This document shows, piece after piece, positions 52,005-64,000 of a stretch of DNA of 64,000 bases. This stretch comes from Octopus vulgaris (lineage: Eukaryota). Made by a program: the position numbers and the translations under genes. The stretch covers positions 68,572,001 through 68,636,000 of the forward strand of contig OX597822.1 in the NCBI GenBank assembly GCA_951406725.2. The letters run 5' to 3'. Position 1 is the stretch's first letter. Each line of letters opens with the position of its first letter. The notes under the pieces are model-generated. The model was not told where the DNA came from, did no database searches, and saw only the letters and a program-made list of their open reading frames with translations.

Positions 52005-52505
52005 ATGACAGTGATACTCATTGCTTAGAAACAGGTGAGTCTTGGCAACAGGAATGGCTTTAGAGCATCTGCCTCAACAAATTTCATTTGACCTAGGTAA
52101 GCAAGGACAAGTGGATAATGATGATAATGATGATGATGATGTCAGGTTGTAATAATAGATTGTGCACGAGTTGTAGAGTGGAATTAAACACCTGGCAGGT
52201 AGTATCGGTGATTCAAGTTTGAATCTTAATTGAATGATCTCATTTCATTTACATTTCATGACTGTGGTTAAAGGCCATAGTTAAGAGCTTAGAGCTGGGG
52301 GGGGGGGGGTTAAAATCTATGTATGCATATCATGTGACATACAAATTTTCTACAGCTGGATGCCCTTCCTGTCACCAACCCTCACTGTTTCCAAGTTCAC
52401 AGTTCCCCGTGATTAGACATGGATGTTCTCACAACAGCGACACACATTTACAACTGTTGAGGCAAGACAGCAATGCTGAAGCAAGACAGTAACATGTGCA
52501 TGCTC

Positions 52506-52539
<34 letters not shown>

Positions 52540-53744
52540 GTTTGGTTGACCCAAGGCTACAGTTTTGTATTCTCACTGAAACTCTGAACATGAACACTAC
52601 ACCAAATACAGCTACAACATCTACATGGTCCAACATGCTTGCTCTCCTAGAGGAGCGTTTGTCAAATTTGGAAGCTAGATTTTTGGGTTGCAGGCAGAAG
52701 CTTTACTTAGGGCCAACCGTCAGATGTGAGGGATGTGGTGAACTCACTGGTCAAAGCCAGTTCAACCTACTCTAGATGAATGCTGCCACAAATACAAATA
52801 CGAGGGCTGGAGCAGAAGCCACTTGCTCAAGGTGCCACGCAGTATGACTGAACCTGAAGCCATGCAGCCAGTCAGAACGCAAACTTCTTACTACATAGCC
52901 ATTTCTGCACATATACATTTATTCATACACACATGAATGTGTATATATTTCATCATACATCAGCAAACGGTGCAAATATTGGCGGAAACAAAGACAAAGG
53001 AAGGGAAAAAAATTAGTTTTCCCTAAGTTACAGCTGGCCTCTTATTACTGTCAGAAATGCAATGAACTCGGAGACCGACCCAATGGATAATAATAACCAA
53101 AAACATCACTGTTCACAGACTACAATGTAAATAAATATAAGAAAATAAACAGGGCGGCCTCACAAAACATTACTCATTGGACCCAGAAGTCCCGACTTAT
53201 CTAAAAGCAGGCTTCTATTTCCACCTGGAAGATCATAAGAAAAGCCGCATTTTTGATTCCTTAAAAGTAAACTTTAAAAAGAGAAATTCATTGAAAATGC
53301 CATTTCTTTTAGTGGACAGAAAAAAGAAAGAGAGAGAAAGGAAAATGAGTAAAAGCTATCCACAATAAAATCGTTGCTCTAACAGTGAGAACAGAATGAA
53401 AAATAATAAAATATGGCAGCAGGGAAAGCAGTCATTAAATGATGATGATGATGATGATGATGAATTTTTTTTTTTAAGGGGTATGGAAAATATGGCTACC
53501 TAGGATTCATAGAAATCTCAGACCTACTGTGTAGATATAAATAAAAAGTGTTAATGTGACAAGTCTTATATTGTTAGAAGGATTATGGTAGGTAGGAATT
53601 GTGGTAGAATAGATTGAGACATCAACAAAGGGAGACACTGGGATCTAAGTCTGTATTTGCTCGCTTTCATGTTTGCTTTTTATATCAGCACAAAGACTGC
53701 GTTTAGAGAAATATATGAAGTTTTAATGTAACACAAATAGCACG

Positions 53745-54625
53745 AAGTGAAAGTGAGAGATGAGAGAGACAGACAGACAGACAGATAGACGGATAGAGAG
53801 TGGGAGAGCAAGTTGGAGAGAAAAAAGAATAATTAGAGTAAGAGAGAAAGTAAGAGAGGCAGTGGGATAGAGAGAAACAGTGTGAGAAAAAGAGAGATAC
53901 TGATAAAGGAAAAGGGAGAGAGAAAGAGAGTGCGGGAGAGAGAGGACGAGAGTGGGACAGTGGGAGAGAGGAAGAGAGTGCAGGAGAGAGAGGACGAGAG
54001 AGGGAGAGAGGAAGAGAGTGGGAGAGAGGAAGAAAGTGGGAGAGAGGAAGAGAGTGGGAGAGAGGAAGAAAGTGGGAGAGAGTAGGAGAGAGGAAGAGAC
54101 TACGGGAGAGAGAGGAGAGAGTGAGAGAGAGTGGGAGAGAAGAAGAGAGTAGGAGAGAGGAAGAGTGAGAGAGGGAGACAGTGGGAGAGAAAGCGAAAGA
54201 AAAATGAAAGGAAAGAGAGAGTAGAAGAGAGGAAGAGACTACGGGAGACAGTGGGAGAGAGGAAGAGAGGGCAGGAGAGAGAGGAAGAGAGTGGGAGAGT
54301 AGGAGAGAGGAAGAGAGTAGGAGAGAGGAAGAGTGAGAGAGAGGGAGACAGTGGGAGAGAAGGTGAAAGAAAAATGAAAGGAAAGAGAGAGTAGAAGAGA
54401 GGAAGAGACTACGGGGACAGTGGGAGAGAGGAAGAGAGTGCAGGAGAGAGAGGAAGAGAGTGGGAGAGAGGAAGAAAGTGGGAGAGAGTGGGAGAGTGGG
54501 AGAGAGGAGAGAGGAAGAGACTACGGGAGAGAGAGGAAGAGAGTGGGAGAGAAGAAGAGAGTAGGAGAGAGGAAGAGAGTGGGAGAGAGGAAGAGTGAGA
54601 GAAAGAGAGACAGTGGGAGAGAAGG
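53745..54625. repeat. Polypurine minisatellite, ~18-bp unit GGGAGAGAGGAAGAGAGT
   Basis: Directly visible; a higher-order block recurs at ~54201 and ~54371. Confidence 0.92.
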
Positions 54626-55159
54626 TACCACCAAAAAAAAAAGATTGAAATATATATAAAGAACAGTAAACTAAAAAATTAAAACCAACAATGCAAAATA
54701 AAGTTAGAACAGCAGAAAAAAAAACTGAAAGAAAGAAGAAAGATAAAGACAAGGAAGAATAAAAAAGGAAGTAAAAGAAAAACAAGAAAAACTGCCAAAT
54801 GTATTTTGGTGAAGAAATAAATTTATAGAATTCTTACTTCAAGGTGTGTTTTATGAGAGAAAAATTGCAGATATTTTAAACAAGCATGGCTGTGAGGTTA
54901 AGAAGGTTGTTTTGTAATCACTTAGTTTTGGGTTCCGTCTTACTGCTCAACACCTGGGAGGGGGTAAGTGTTTTCTACTATGGCTGACCAACACCTTGTG
55001 AGTAAATTTAGTAGGAAACTATGTGGAAGCTAGTTGAGTGTGTGTGTATGTATGTGTATGCGTGAGACAAAGTCATCGTATGTTATCCTTCTTTAGGATG
55101 TAGGGGAGGTATAGTTAAATATATTTAGCCCAAGTACATGACTGGTAAAGGGTAAAGTT

Positions 55160-55850
55160 ACCTTGTGGTCATGAATGACCCTGGAATTGCACCTAGAAAG
55201 TTCCCCTCCAATGCACAAGTCCAGGCAAGGTTGTTTATGGAAGACCAGTCATCAACCATGCAAACCATCCTCCATTCTCCATATCACCGATGTTATCATC
55301 GTCATAATCATCATCATCCAGTGTTTTAAATCCAGATTTTGTCCCCGTTAACAGGGGTGGCTGGATCTACCTCAATGCCATAGCAACTGAGGTAGGCAAG
55401 TGCAGCCCTCCCCAACCTTTGAGCTGGTTGGTGCCCATTCTCCTTTGCTATCATGAGGCTTTTTTCGAGCTGGATTTTCTATGGGGAGCATGCCTTTACT
55501 TACCCCAAACCTCAGTTTCTAGACATGAGTGGTCCCAAGACCAAGACCTCTACCGCAATTTTCAAGAAATATGGTGGAAAACTAGCTCAGGAAGGCAGGA
55601 ACACTACTCCCTGAGACCCCTTTAGAATGCCCCCCCCCCCCCACACCTATCCAAGGGAAAAGCAAAGGCTGATACAGCTTGGCACCAGTGATATCGCAAC
55701 TCAGTTTTACAGTTGAGTGAACTGGAGAAATGTGAAACAAAAAGTGTCTTGCTCAAGAACACACAACACACAGCCCGGTCTGGGAATTGAACTCACTACC
55801 ACATGACTGTGAGCCCAATGCTCTAACCACTGAGCCATGTACCTTCACCA
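55160..55850 (-). mobile_element. SINE family D interrupted by a ~350-bp (GAT)n-tailed retroposon (~55296-55645)
   Basis: Family D sequence breaks at ..GATGTTATC and resumes TATCCAAGGGAAAAGC. Confidence 0.75.
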
Positions 55851-56011
55851 TATGACTGGTACTTTATTGTACTGACACTGGAAGAATAAAAGGTAAAGTT
55901 AACCTCAACGGGACTGAAATTATATTGAAGTAATAACTAAATCAAAATAATAATAATAATAATAATAATTATAATAATTATAATAATTATAATAAAAATA
56001 ATAATAATAAT

Positions 56012-56382
56012 AACAAGAGCACTCAGAGAGCACAGACCTCCACCAAGACAACACCAACATCCTCTCAATGATTAGTCAGAGATGATTTTTAAAATAAGAA
56101 TATCTGAAATAAACTCGACTGCTCTCACAAACGAGAATACAAAAAATGAACCCAATGTCTCACAAAAATTAAGTAAAAAACACAGGAAAAATAATCCAGA
56201 ATCCTTGTCTGGTAACGGATCGATCCCAAAATCTAATCAGTTTGTGCCAGTCGAGAGACAAAACATTCCTGAAAGTTTCATCTGAATTCATCCAGCAGTT
56301 CTTCAGATATCTTGTCTATGGACAAACAAACAAACAAATATGACTGAAAACAATACCTGTGCCTTCGCTAAGGTGGAGGTAA
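56012..56382. mobile_element. Helentron/DINE-1-like non-autonomous element
   Basis: AACAAGAGCACTCAGAGAGCACAGACCTCCACCAAG ... (ACAA)n ... GAAAACAATACCT..GGTGGAGGTAAT: subterminal inverted repeat, terminal hairpin and internal microsatellite. Confidence 0.7.
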
Positions 56383-56423
56383 TAAAAAGCAACTTGTGTG
56401 AGTGTTTAAAATGTATTCTTTAA

Positions 56424-57101
56424 CCTTTTAACATTCAGGTTAATCTGTCAAATGTTACACTTACTTATTTTCATTGCTTTGAATTAATCATGCATTATCT
56501 CATAGCTTTGAGAATTAAATGGTGTGATTGTTTACTTTTAGAATGACATTGTGGAGTAGGTGTGAGTAGCAGGATCTGGCCAGTTTGAATTAAAAGCAGG
56601 TAGAGTGTTTTGGTCAGATATGGCTGGTTTAACCCTTTCGATACCAAGCTGCCTCTGGTTCTGTAGTACAAATGTCTTATTTTCAAAAATTCTGAATTAA
56701 AATCTTTCACCAAACCTTATGTTCCTAACACAAGCTTAATGATAACTAAGTTATCTTACTAAGTTCTTTGTTATATTTAAAATTAATTGAAAGAAACACA
56801 GAGCATCTCAACAGAAATATGGTAACAAATGGGTTAAAATATATAATAGAGAAACAATTCTTAACCCTTTTGATACCAACTCGGCTGAAACCAACTCTGG
56901 CTCAGTAGTACAAATGTCTTGTTTTCATAAGTTTTGAATTAAAATCTTCCATCAAATCTTAGTCACAATTTATGTTCCTAACACCAGCTTAATGATAACT
57001 AAGTTATCTTACTAAGTTCTTTGCTATATTTAAAATTCATTGAAAGAAACACAAAGCATCTCAACAGAAATATGGTAACAAAACGGTTAAACATTAAAGG
57101 G
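56424..57101. mobile_element. piggyBac MITE G with an F-spacer-F dimer (56633-57086, minus) inserted at an internal TTAA
   Basis: G breaks at GGCTGGT-TTAA and resumes TTAA-ACATTAAAGGG. Confidence 0.85.
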
Positions 57102-57425
57102 TTTAATTATGGTGGTTTTCTCCATATATAAACTAACAAACTAACAATTGTGTGTGTGTGTGCATGCGCACATATGTGTGTTTGCATTAAGACAGGTAGT
57201 ATAGAAAGGAAACAGGGTAACACTGTTTGCAGGAGAGGTTGAGAAGGTAAAAGAAGAGGGTGAAAAATTGTATCTGAATAAATCTGGGGAAGTTAAGTTA
57301 AGAGAAGTTAAAAGCACTTATGAACAAGTCAAGAGGAGATGAAAAAGTAAAAACTGGATAAAATGGAAAACTATGAAAGGGTGAGATTTTAATAGACGAC
57401 ACAAACTTCAAAAACATCAGCAGAT

Positions 57426-57810
57426 AGGCGCAGGAGTGGCTGCGTGGTAAGTAGCTTGTTTTACAACCACATGGTTCCGGGTTCCGTGGCACCTTGGGCA
57501 AGTGTCTTCTACTATAGCCTCGGGCCGACCAAAGCCATGTGAGTGGATTTGGTAGATGGAAACTGAAAAGAAGCCCGTTGTATATATGTGTGTGTGTGTG
57601 TGTGTGTTTATGTGTCTGTGTTGGTCCTTCCAACATCACTTGACAACCGATGCTGGTGTGTTTGCGTCCCCGTAACTTAGCAGTTCGGCAAAAGAGAGAC
57701 CGATAGAATAAGTACTAGGCTTACAAAGAATATGTCCTGGGGTCGATTTGCTCAACTAAAGGCGGTGCTCCAGCATGGCCACAGTCAAATGACTGAAACA
57801 AGTAAAAGAT
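57426..57810 (+). mobile_element. SINE family A, full length
   Basis: Consensus match. Confidence 0.92.
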
Positions 57811-57924
57811 TAGATACTGATAGAGTAAAAGAGAGTGATAAGACAGGTAGGAATTGAACCAAAATTTTAGAAGTGATTCACATATGTGTTATTTTTGTGT
57901 TTTCTGACAAACAAAATATACATA

Positions 57925-58161
57925 TTACGGAGATGTACCTGCATAGCAAGTGATTTGATCTGAGATCGTGTGCTGAAACGAAAACAATTGCAGCGTGGAA
58001 GGTGTTTGTAAGCCATTTAAGAAGCACGGATTTTTGTCAGAGAACGGGTCGCGGTCTTAAAGCGACGAAAATATCTTGACAAATTAAACTTAAATGTAGA
58101 AGTGAATCGAACACTTTTGTATGTTTCTTAAATGGCTTACAAACACCTTCCACGCTGCAAT
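57925..58161. mobile_element. Penelope-like fragment with perfect 37-bp inverted repeat
   Basis: ATTGCAGCGTGGAAGGTGTTTGTAAGCCATTTAAGAA at 57987-58023 and its exact reverse complement at 58125-58161. Confidence 0.6.
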
Positions 58162-58988
58162 AATATACATACTCATAGACGAGAGAGAGAAAGGTGAGCA
58201 AGAGGTAGACAAAGAGATAGAAAAATATGAAATGTTGAAAAGTAGGCCCACACATAATTTATTGAGAGATGGGACAAGGAAATGAGAGAATTTAACAATT
58301 GAGAAAGAGAAAAGAAATTTAAGAGGTTGAAAATGCAACACATACAAACACATGCACACACATACACAAATATTTCTATATGCCAAGAAGAAAGTGAAGA
58401 AAATAAGAGGTGAAGAATGGGAATTATATAAAACCCGTGAAGTAAGATTTTGAGACCAAGAGGTGCTAAAAATTTAGGCAAAAACAATGGCTATAAAGAG
58501 AGAAGTCGACAAAAATATTGGCTTTCCCAATATTCTTCCAAACAAACAATGGAACAATTTCAAACAGAAGTATTGATTTAGATAAGAAACTGGAGCCCAT
58601 CTATATTTTGGTACCGAACCAAATCATTAACAGTGGCATTGGCAGAGAGTGGAGAGTTTGAATGAAATTCTTAAGAAACTTAATTAAGAGAACTTGGTTT
58701 GGCAGCCAGGATATTTTCAGAGTCATTTAGCAAGTTTATTATTTGGGGTTCAAAACATACACAAGAAATGTGTGCCACACTACAAGTCAGAGTTATCTAA
58801 ACTTGTTTACATCAATTTGACCCCCGGATTTAGCAAGCATGGATTTTTAGATAAATAAAACTCATGCTTCAATTAAAAGTATGAGAAATTTAATACTTCC
58901 ATAGAATAGCTATTAATTATATATATATATGTATAGGTACAGAGTTGGCTGTGTGGTTAAGAAGTTTGTTTCGTAATTATATGACCTC

Positions 58989-59230
58989 GTGGAGGCTCGT
59001 GCCTTAGTGGTTAGGGTGTCAGCATCATAATCGTAAGATTGTAGTTTCGATTCCTGGACCGGGCGATGCGTTGTGTTCTTGAGCAAAACACTTCATTTCA
59101 CATTGCTGCAGTCCACTCAGCTGGCAAAAATGAGTAACGCTGCAATGGACTGGGGAACACATACGCCATTGAAACCGGGAAACTGGGCCCATGAGCCTGG
59201 CTAGGCTTTAAAAGGGCGCATTTATTTTTT
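58989..59230 (+). mobile_element. V-domain-like SINE nested in a family A-headed SINE (58935-59600)
   Basis: TSD TTATATGACCT on both sides. Confidence 0.85.
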
Positions 59231-60447
59231 ATATTTATATGACCTTAGGTTCAATTCTAATGTGTGGCAGCCAAAGCCTTGTGCATGGATTCAGTAGATG
59301 AAAACTGAAAAGTGTGTGTGTGTGTCTGCATGTGTTTGTGTGTATCTATGTGTGTGTCTGTGTATCCTTGTCATGAGATCAAGTAATAGTTGTAAAGGAA
59401 CAGCATCATCATACAACCAATTGTTGTTTGTTTCTAGTCTTTCATGGAAAACATGTCTATTACCCTGGGACTATTACCTTGCTTGGGAAAAGGTGAGTGT
59501 TGGCAACAGGAACAGCTTCCAACCGTGGAGAATCGGCCCCAACAAATTCCATCTGACCCACGAACGCATGGAAAAGTGGAAAAAGATGGTGGTGGCAGTG
59601 GTGTCAACAATGACAACTACGATAGGTTCTAATAATAGATTGTGCCAGTGTTGTAAGATTGGTAGGCAGAATCGGTAATTCACATTTGATTCTTAATTGA
59701 ATGATTTCATTTCATTTCACTTACATCTCATGCTTGTGGTTGCAGGCCATAGTTAACAACTTAGAACTGAACAGATTCTGAGTTAAATATGCCGAGTTAA
59801 ATACTAGAAGTCAAGAAAAACTTATGGCATTTTGTACCAGAAAAATAACTTTTTTAAAGTTTTTAAAAATCTCTTCTACACAGATATTATTACAATACTT
59901 TAAATAGTACACACTAGTAAGAAAAAAAAATAGGGTTTTGATTGGTTTAAAATTTCATAGAAACAATTTAAAAAATTCTCCAATGACTTGGCAATTTTTA
60001 ATGCATTGTTGTAAAACTTATATACTACTGTATTCTTTTATTATTGTAAATTTTAACTTTTATGCATAAATTTCCACTTAGTCCTGGAATCTTACCTAGA
60101 ATTTTTCTTTCTCTCTCACCTGTTCTACTATCAAATATACTGAGTGGCTAAGATTCAGTGGTTTATGCAAAGACTAACGATCTGAAAGCAGACTTTACTT
60201 TATACACTCTCTCTTCTTATTTGCTCTATTGCCTCTCTCAGCACTTTGTTAATGCAACGTAAAGCCCCTTCAGTCAAATAACCAACAATTTCATTATCTA
60301 TTCAGCCAAAATAACAACACTTCACACAACTGCACACAAGAAAAATATGTATACTAACAAGAACAACAGCTGCAACATAATATATATCTATATGTGTGTG
60401 TGTGTATATATATATATATATACTCACATATATATATCTGATGATAT

Positions 60448-60493
<46 letters not shown>

Positions 60494-60764
60494 ATGATAT
60501 ATATATATATAAGGTTGAAAAGGTTGAAAAGTAACACATGAGTTGATATGTATAAGGGAAATTAAGACAAGGTAGAAAATGCTAAAATAATTTTATCATG
60601 AAGAACATTTTAGTACCGGTTTCAGCCTTTGCAACTTTTCAACTTAGAGTAAAGCATGAAAAACAATTAAACTGAAGAAACATTGAATGAAATGCTTTTT
60701 TCTGTCTCTCTCTTTTTCTTTTATGAAGGCTTGGTAGGTAGTTGTAGACTCCTTATATATAGAC

Positions 60765-60797
<33 letters not shown>

Positions 60798-60917
60798 TAG
60801 ATAGATAGATAGATAGATAGATAAAATTAAATAACCAACTGAAAGAACTACTAATAGTTTCATGCTATCATGATACTTGAACAGGCATATTTATAAAATA
60901 CACGATGTATCTTAATC

Positions 60918-61127
60918 TCTTTTACTCTTTTACTTGTTTCAGTCATTTGACTATGGCCATGCTGGAGCACTGCCTTTAGTTGAGCAAATCGACCCCGGGA
61001 CTTATTCTTTTGTAAGCCCAGTACTTATTCTATCAGTCTCTTTTTGCCGAACCGCTAAGTGACGGGGAGATAAACACACCAGCATCGGTTGTCAAGCAAT
61101 GCTAGGGGGACAAACACAGACACACAA

Positions 61128-61177
<50 letters not shown>

Positions 61178-61335
61178 GACAGGCTTCTTTCAGTTTCCGT
61201 CTACCAAATCCACTCACAAGGCATTGGTAGGCCCGGGGCTATAGCAGAAGACACTTGCCCAAGATGCCACGCAGTGGGACTGAACCCGGAACCATGTGGT
61301 TGGTTGGTTAGCAAGCTACTTACCACACAACCACT
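60918..61335 (-). mobile_element. SINE family A, young full-length copy
   Basis: Shares diagnostic variants with 28970-29355 (GGGGCTATAGCAGAAG, CCAAGATGCC). Confidence 0.92.
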
Positions 61336-62118
61336 TCTTGAAATATAATGGCTATATTTCAAATCAATTTTTACAAATATTTATCCTAAAATACAAATAC
61401 TTTTTAAAGTTTATTTTTCAAACGTCAGGCATTATATCAGTATTGAGTAATACTGATATACACAATAGTTCATTTCTTAAATTTTCTACCACAAAGACAG
61501 ACAGACAGGAGGTTAGTCACATGTTGTGGCGAGGGAGTATTGTCGAGATTATGTTGATCCTGCAAGTACTTGATTGGTACTTATCTAATTTTTATCAACC
61601 TTTGAAGGATGAAAGGCAAAGTTGATTCCGACAGGACATGGAATTCAGACTGTTCAAATACGTAATAAAATATCAAGAAGCATATAGCCTGTTGCTCTAT
61701 ATTTTCTGCTTTCCACCAAATAGTAATCATTCGGTATTTTATTTGAAATGTTTTTTATAGTCTGCATTTTTGCCCAGCATATGTGTATAAAGGCACAGGC
61801 ATGGCTGTGTGGTAAGAAGCTTGCTTCTCAACCACATGGTTCTGGGTTCAGTCCCACTGCATGGCACCTTGGACAAGTGTCTTCTACTATAGCCTCGGGC
61901 TGACCAAAGCCTTGTGGGTGGATTTGGTAGACGGAAACTGAAGGAATCCCATTGTATATGTTTCATCATCATCATTTAACATCTGCCTTCCATGCTAGCA
62001 TGGGTGGGATGGTTTCATAAGAGCCGGTTAGGCCGAAGCCTGCACCAGACTTCTGTGAATGTTTTGGCAGGATTTTTACAGCTGGATGCCCTTCCTAACA
62101 TGTGTGTGTGTGTGTATA

Positions 62119-62261
62119 AGAGGCCGACCAAGAACCCGCTGGCTTGACACCATCAAGAGTGATACCGGAATGGACATAGCCAATCTGAAAGAAGCGGTCC
62201 AGGATAGAACTGACTGGAGGAAACTGATCCAACGAGTAACTGAGAGTCGACTTTGACTGAG

Positions 62262-62266
<5 letters not shown>
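62119..62266 (+). mobile_element. RTE (BovB-like) LINE extreme 3' end
   Basis: RGRPRTRWLDTIKSDTGMDIANLKEAVQDRTDWRKLIQRVTESRL; sits between (TG)n and (TA)n. Confidence 0.85.
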
Positions 62267-62312
<46 letters not shown>

Positions 62313-62866
62313 TGCTTGAGTTATCTAAAAGATCATGAGTCAGGGAGAAGATGCACTCATCATGCTCATTTCTACCTCCAAGAGTGGAAGTGAAGCCAGT
62401 CAGGCAGCGCTAGCATCAGCCACACTCAAAATTATGTAGAAAAAATTTTTCCAAAACTTTTTTTTGCTGATATGCCCATCTGATGAATGCTTGTTTGGTG
62501 AAAGACCAAAAGAAATGAAACAGTCATCAACTTCAATAATAATAAATATACCCTACTACTTGTATTGGGTACTCTATAGTTTGCTCATAATACTACTTGC
62601 AAACATACACAAACATCCAAACACTAGTGTGTGTGTTAAGTATAGTGATCTGCAACTGTCTCAGAGAAAGAGGTTCTGTTTTACAAAGTTTTTCATAAAG
62701 TGGTCATCTGTTCTGTAGTTGTTTTGTATTTGACTGTGTTTGATGTACTTGTCGTTTTGTGTTTATGTTTGTATCAGTGTATGGCTTGATCTATTAGTTT
62801 GTAAGAAAAGCCATTGTTGATTAGGTGTATAAGGGCGTGGTAGTTCACTTGAAGCATTGTAATACT

Positions 62867-63195
62867 GAAGAAAGTAAAAAGAGGGAAAATAGAAAGTTTC
62901 CGACAATGCAGTGAGTTTAATATATAACCTATATATTTCAGGCTCAAAGGTCCATCTTCAGAAAAAAAGAAGAGAAAAACAATCTGAGAAAAGCCCAGTT
63001 ATGTAGGTCCCATTAACCAATTCAAATTCCCTAACATTAGAGAATTTGAATGAGTTAACAGAACCTACGCAACTGGACTTTTCTCAGGCTGTTTTTTATC
63101 TTCTGAAGATGGGCCTTTGCACCTGAAATATAAGGATTTTATTAAACTTTCCACATTGTTAGAAACTTCCTATTTTCTCTCTTTTTACTTTCTCC
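62867..63195. repeat. Imperfect ~330-bp palindrome, probably inverted Penelope-like terminal repeats
   Basis: Arms pair throughout, centre ~63035; each arm carries CTGAAGA..GAAATATA. Confidence 0.8.
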
Positions 63196-63314
63196 AATTA
63201 TGTGTTCGTTTTATTCTGTGAATTTCTCTATAGATAATCTTTCATTAGTGAAGGAAAATCTAAATATTCTTCTAGGTATATCTTTGACATCTTATATATG
63301 TGTGTATCTATAAG

Positions 63315-63730
63315 TCTTTAAGCACCAATCTCTTCAATGGTACCATCCTGCCTATGTTCTTATACGCAAGGGAGATGTGATCCACTACAAAGAGGGAAGA
63401 ATATAAATTGGCTACAATGTAAAGAACCATGGAAAGATATACACAAAGAATAACACTGCAAGAGCTTATCCAAAATGAGGCAATCTGAGAATGGAATGGA
63501 ATGAACGATGTAATCACAGAAAACCAAAAGAAAAAAGTTCCATGGAGCCAGACATGTCACAAGGTTCACAGACAACAAGTGGATCTATGCTGTTGCTGAG
63601 TGGCATCCAAGTGATCGGAAAAGGCTGCTTGGAAGGCATCCATAATGATGGACGATGATTTAGTTAAATGATATAGGCCAAGATGGAAAAGACGGATGTG
63701 ATCAAAGAAGAACTCGAAGTATACTGTGGC
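63315..63730 (+). pseudogene. Degenerate RTE-clade LINE reverse-transcriptase C-terminal region
   Basis: With stops and frameshifts: LFNGTILPMFLYA..TTKREEYKL..RTMER..HVTRFTDNKWIYAVAEWHPSDRKRLLGRHP. Confidence 0.8.
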
Positions 63731-64000
63731 CAGTAATGTGTAACAACATACAATAGTTTGGTTGATACGGGTGATATAAGCATAAACATGTGTGCCTTTA
63801 ATGTAAACCGACATGTGGTATCTATATTGTTGATTTTAATATTTAGGGGTAAAAATGGAATATTGCATTGTTAACAGTTTTATTTCTGCTGGTCTGGACA
63901 TTGAATTTTAGTTCAGATTAGTTAAATAAATACCTGACTGATGATGTAATACATCTAGTGCTCAATATTCAAATTTCATCAATTTGAATTGGCTCTGCTA

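Noticed and set aside
53703-54785. 360-aa Leu/Ser/Pro ORF, the longest in the window
   Set aside because: Translation of the pyrimidine strand of a GA minisatellite, which seldom contains stop codons.
55367-55410. let-7-like TGAGGTAG in a hairpin
   Set aside because: Only the first 8 nt match; the rest differs from let-7, the stem is too short and it lies in a retroposon.
60090-60125. Other minus-strand AG|GT motifs (TAG|GTAAGA ~60095, CAG|GTGAGA ~60120)
   Set aside because: No polypyrimidine tract or branch point upstream, unlike the 2583 site.

Overview
AT-rich, repeat-saturated animal genomic DNA. The SINE inventory and microsatellite load fit a coleoid cephalopod, most likely Octopus; this is pattern recognition, not a database result. 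There is no intact host-gene CDS, rRNA, CRISPR array or prokaryotic signal. Nearly all ORFs in the track are microsatellite or SINE read-through. The only recognisable protein-coding remnants come from transposons: two mariner derivatives, a Tigger/pogo C-terminus, two RTE-clade LINE 3' ends and an R4/Dong-clade 3' end sitting in (TAA)n. Also present are dozens of tRNA-headed SINEs from several modular families, piggyBac-, hAT- and Tc1/mariner-type MITEs, a Helitron, a Helentron-type element and Penelope-like palindromes. The window may lie inside a very long minus-strand intron. Most notable: (1) a tRNA-headed SINE-like family whose two copies jointly reconstruct a minimal type-I hammerhead ribozyme; (2) a canonical recursive-splice-site architecture (branch point, polypyrimidine tract, AG|GTAAGT, 39-nt cryptic exon, GTGAGT) at 2545-2620; (3) a compound piggyBac MITE dimer with a conserved spacer at two loci; (4) several long near-perfect hairpins that would form dsRNA. 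Repeat boundaries were read by eye and are approximate unless a TSD or TIR is quoted. Family letters A-H are my own labels.
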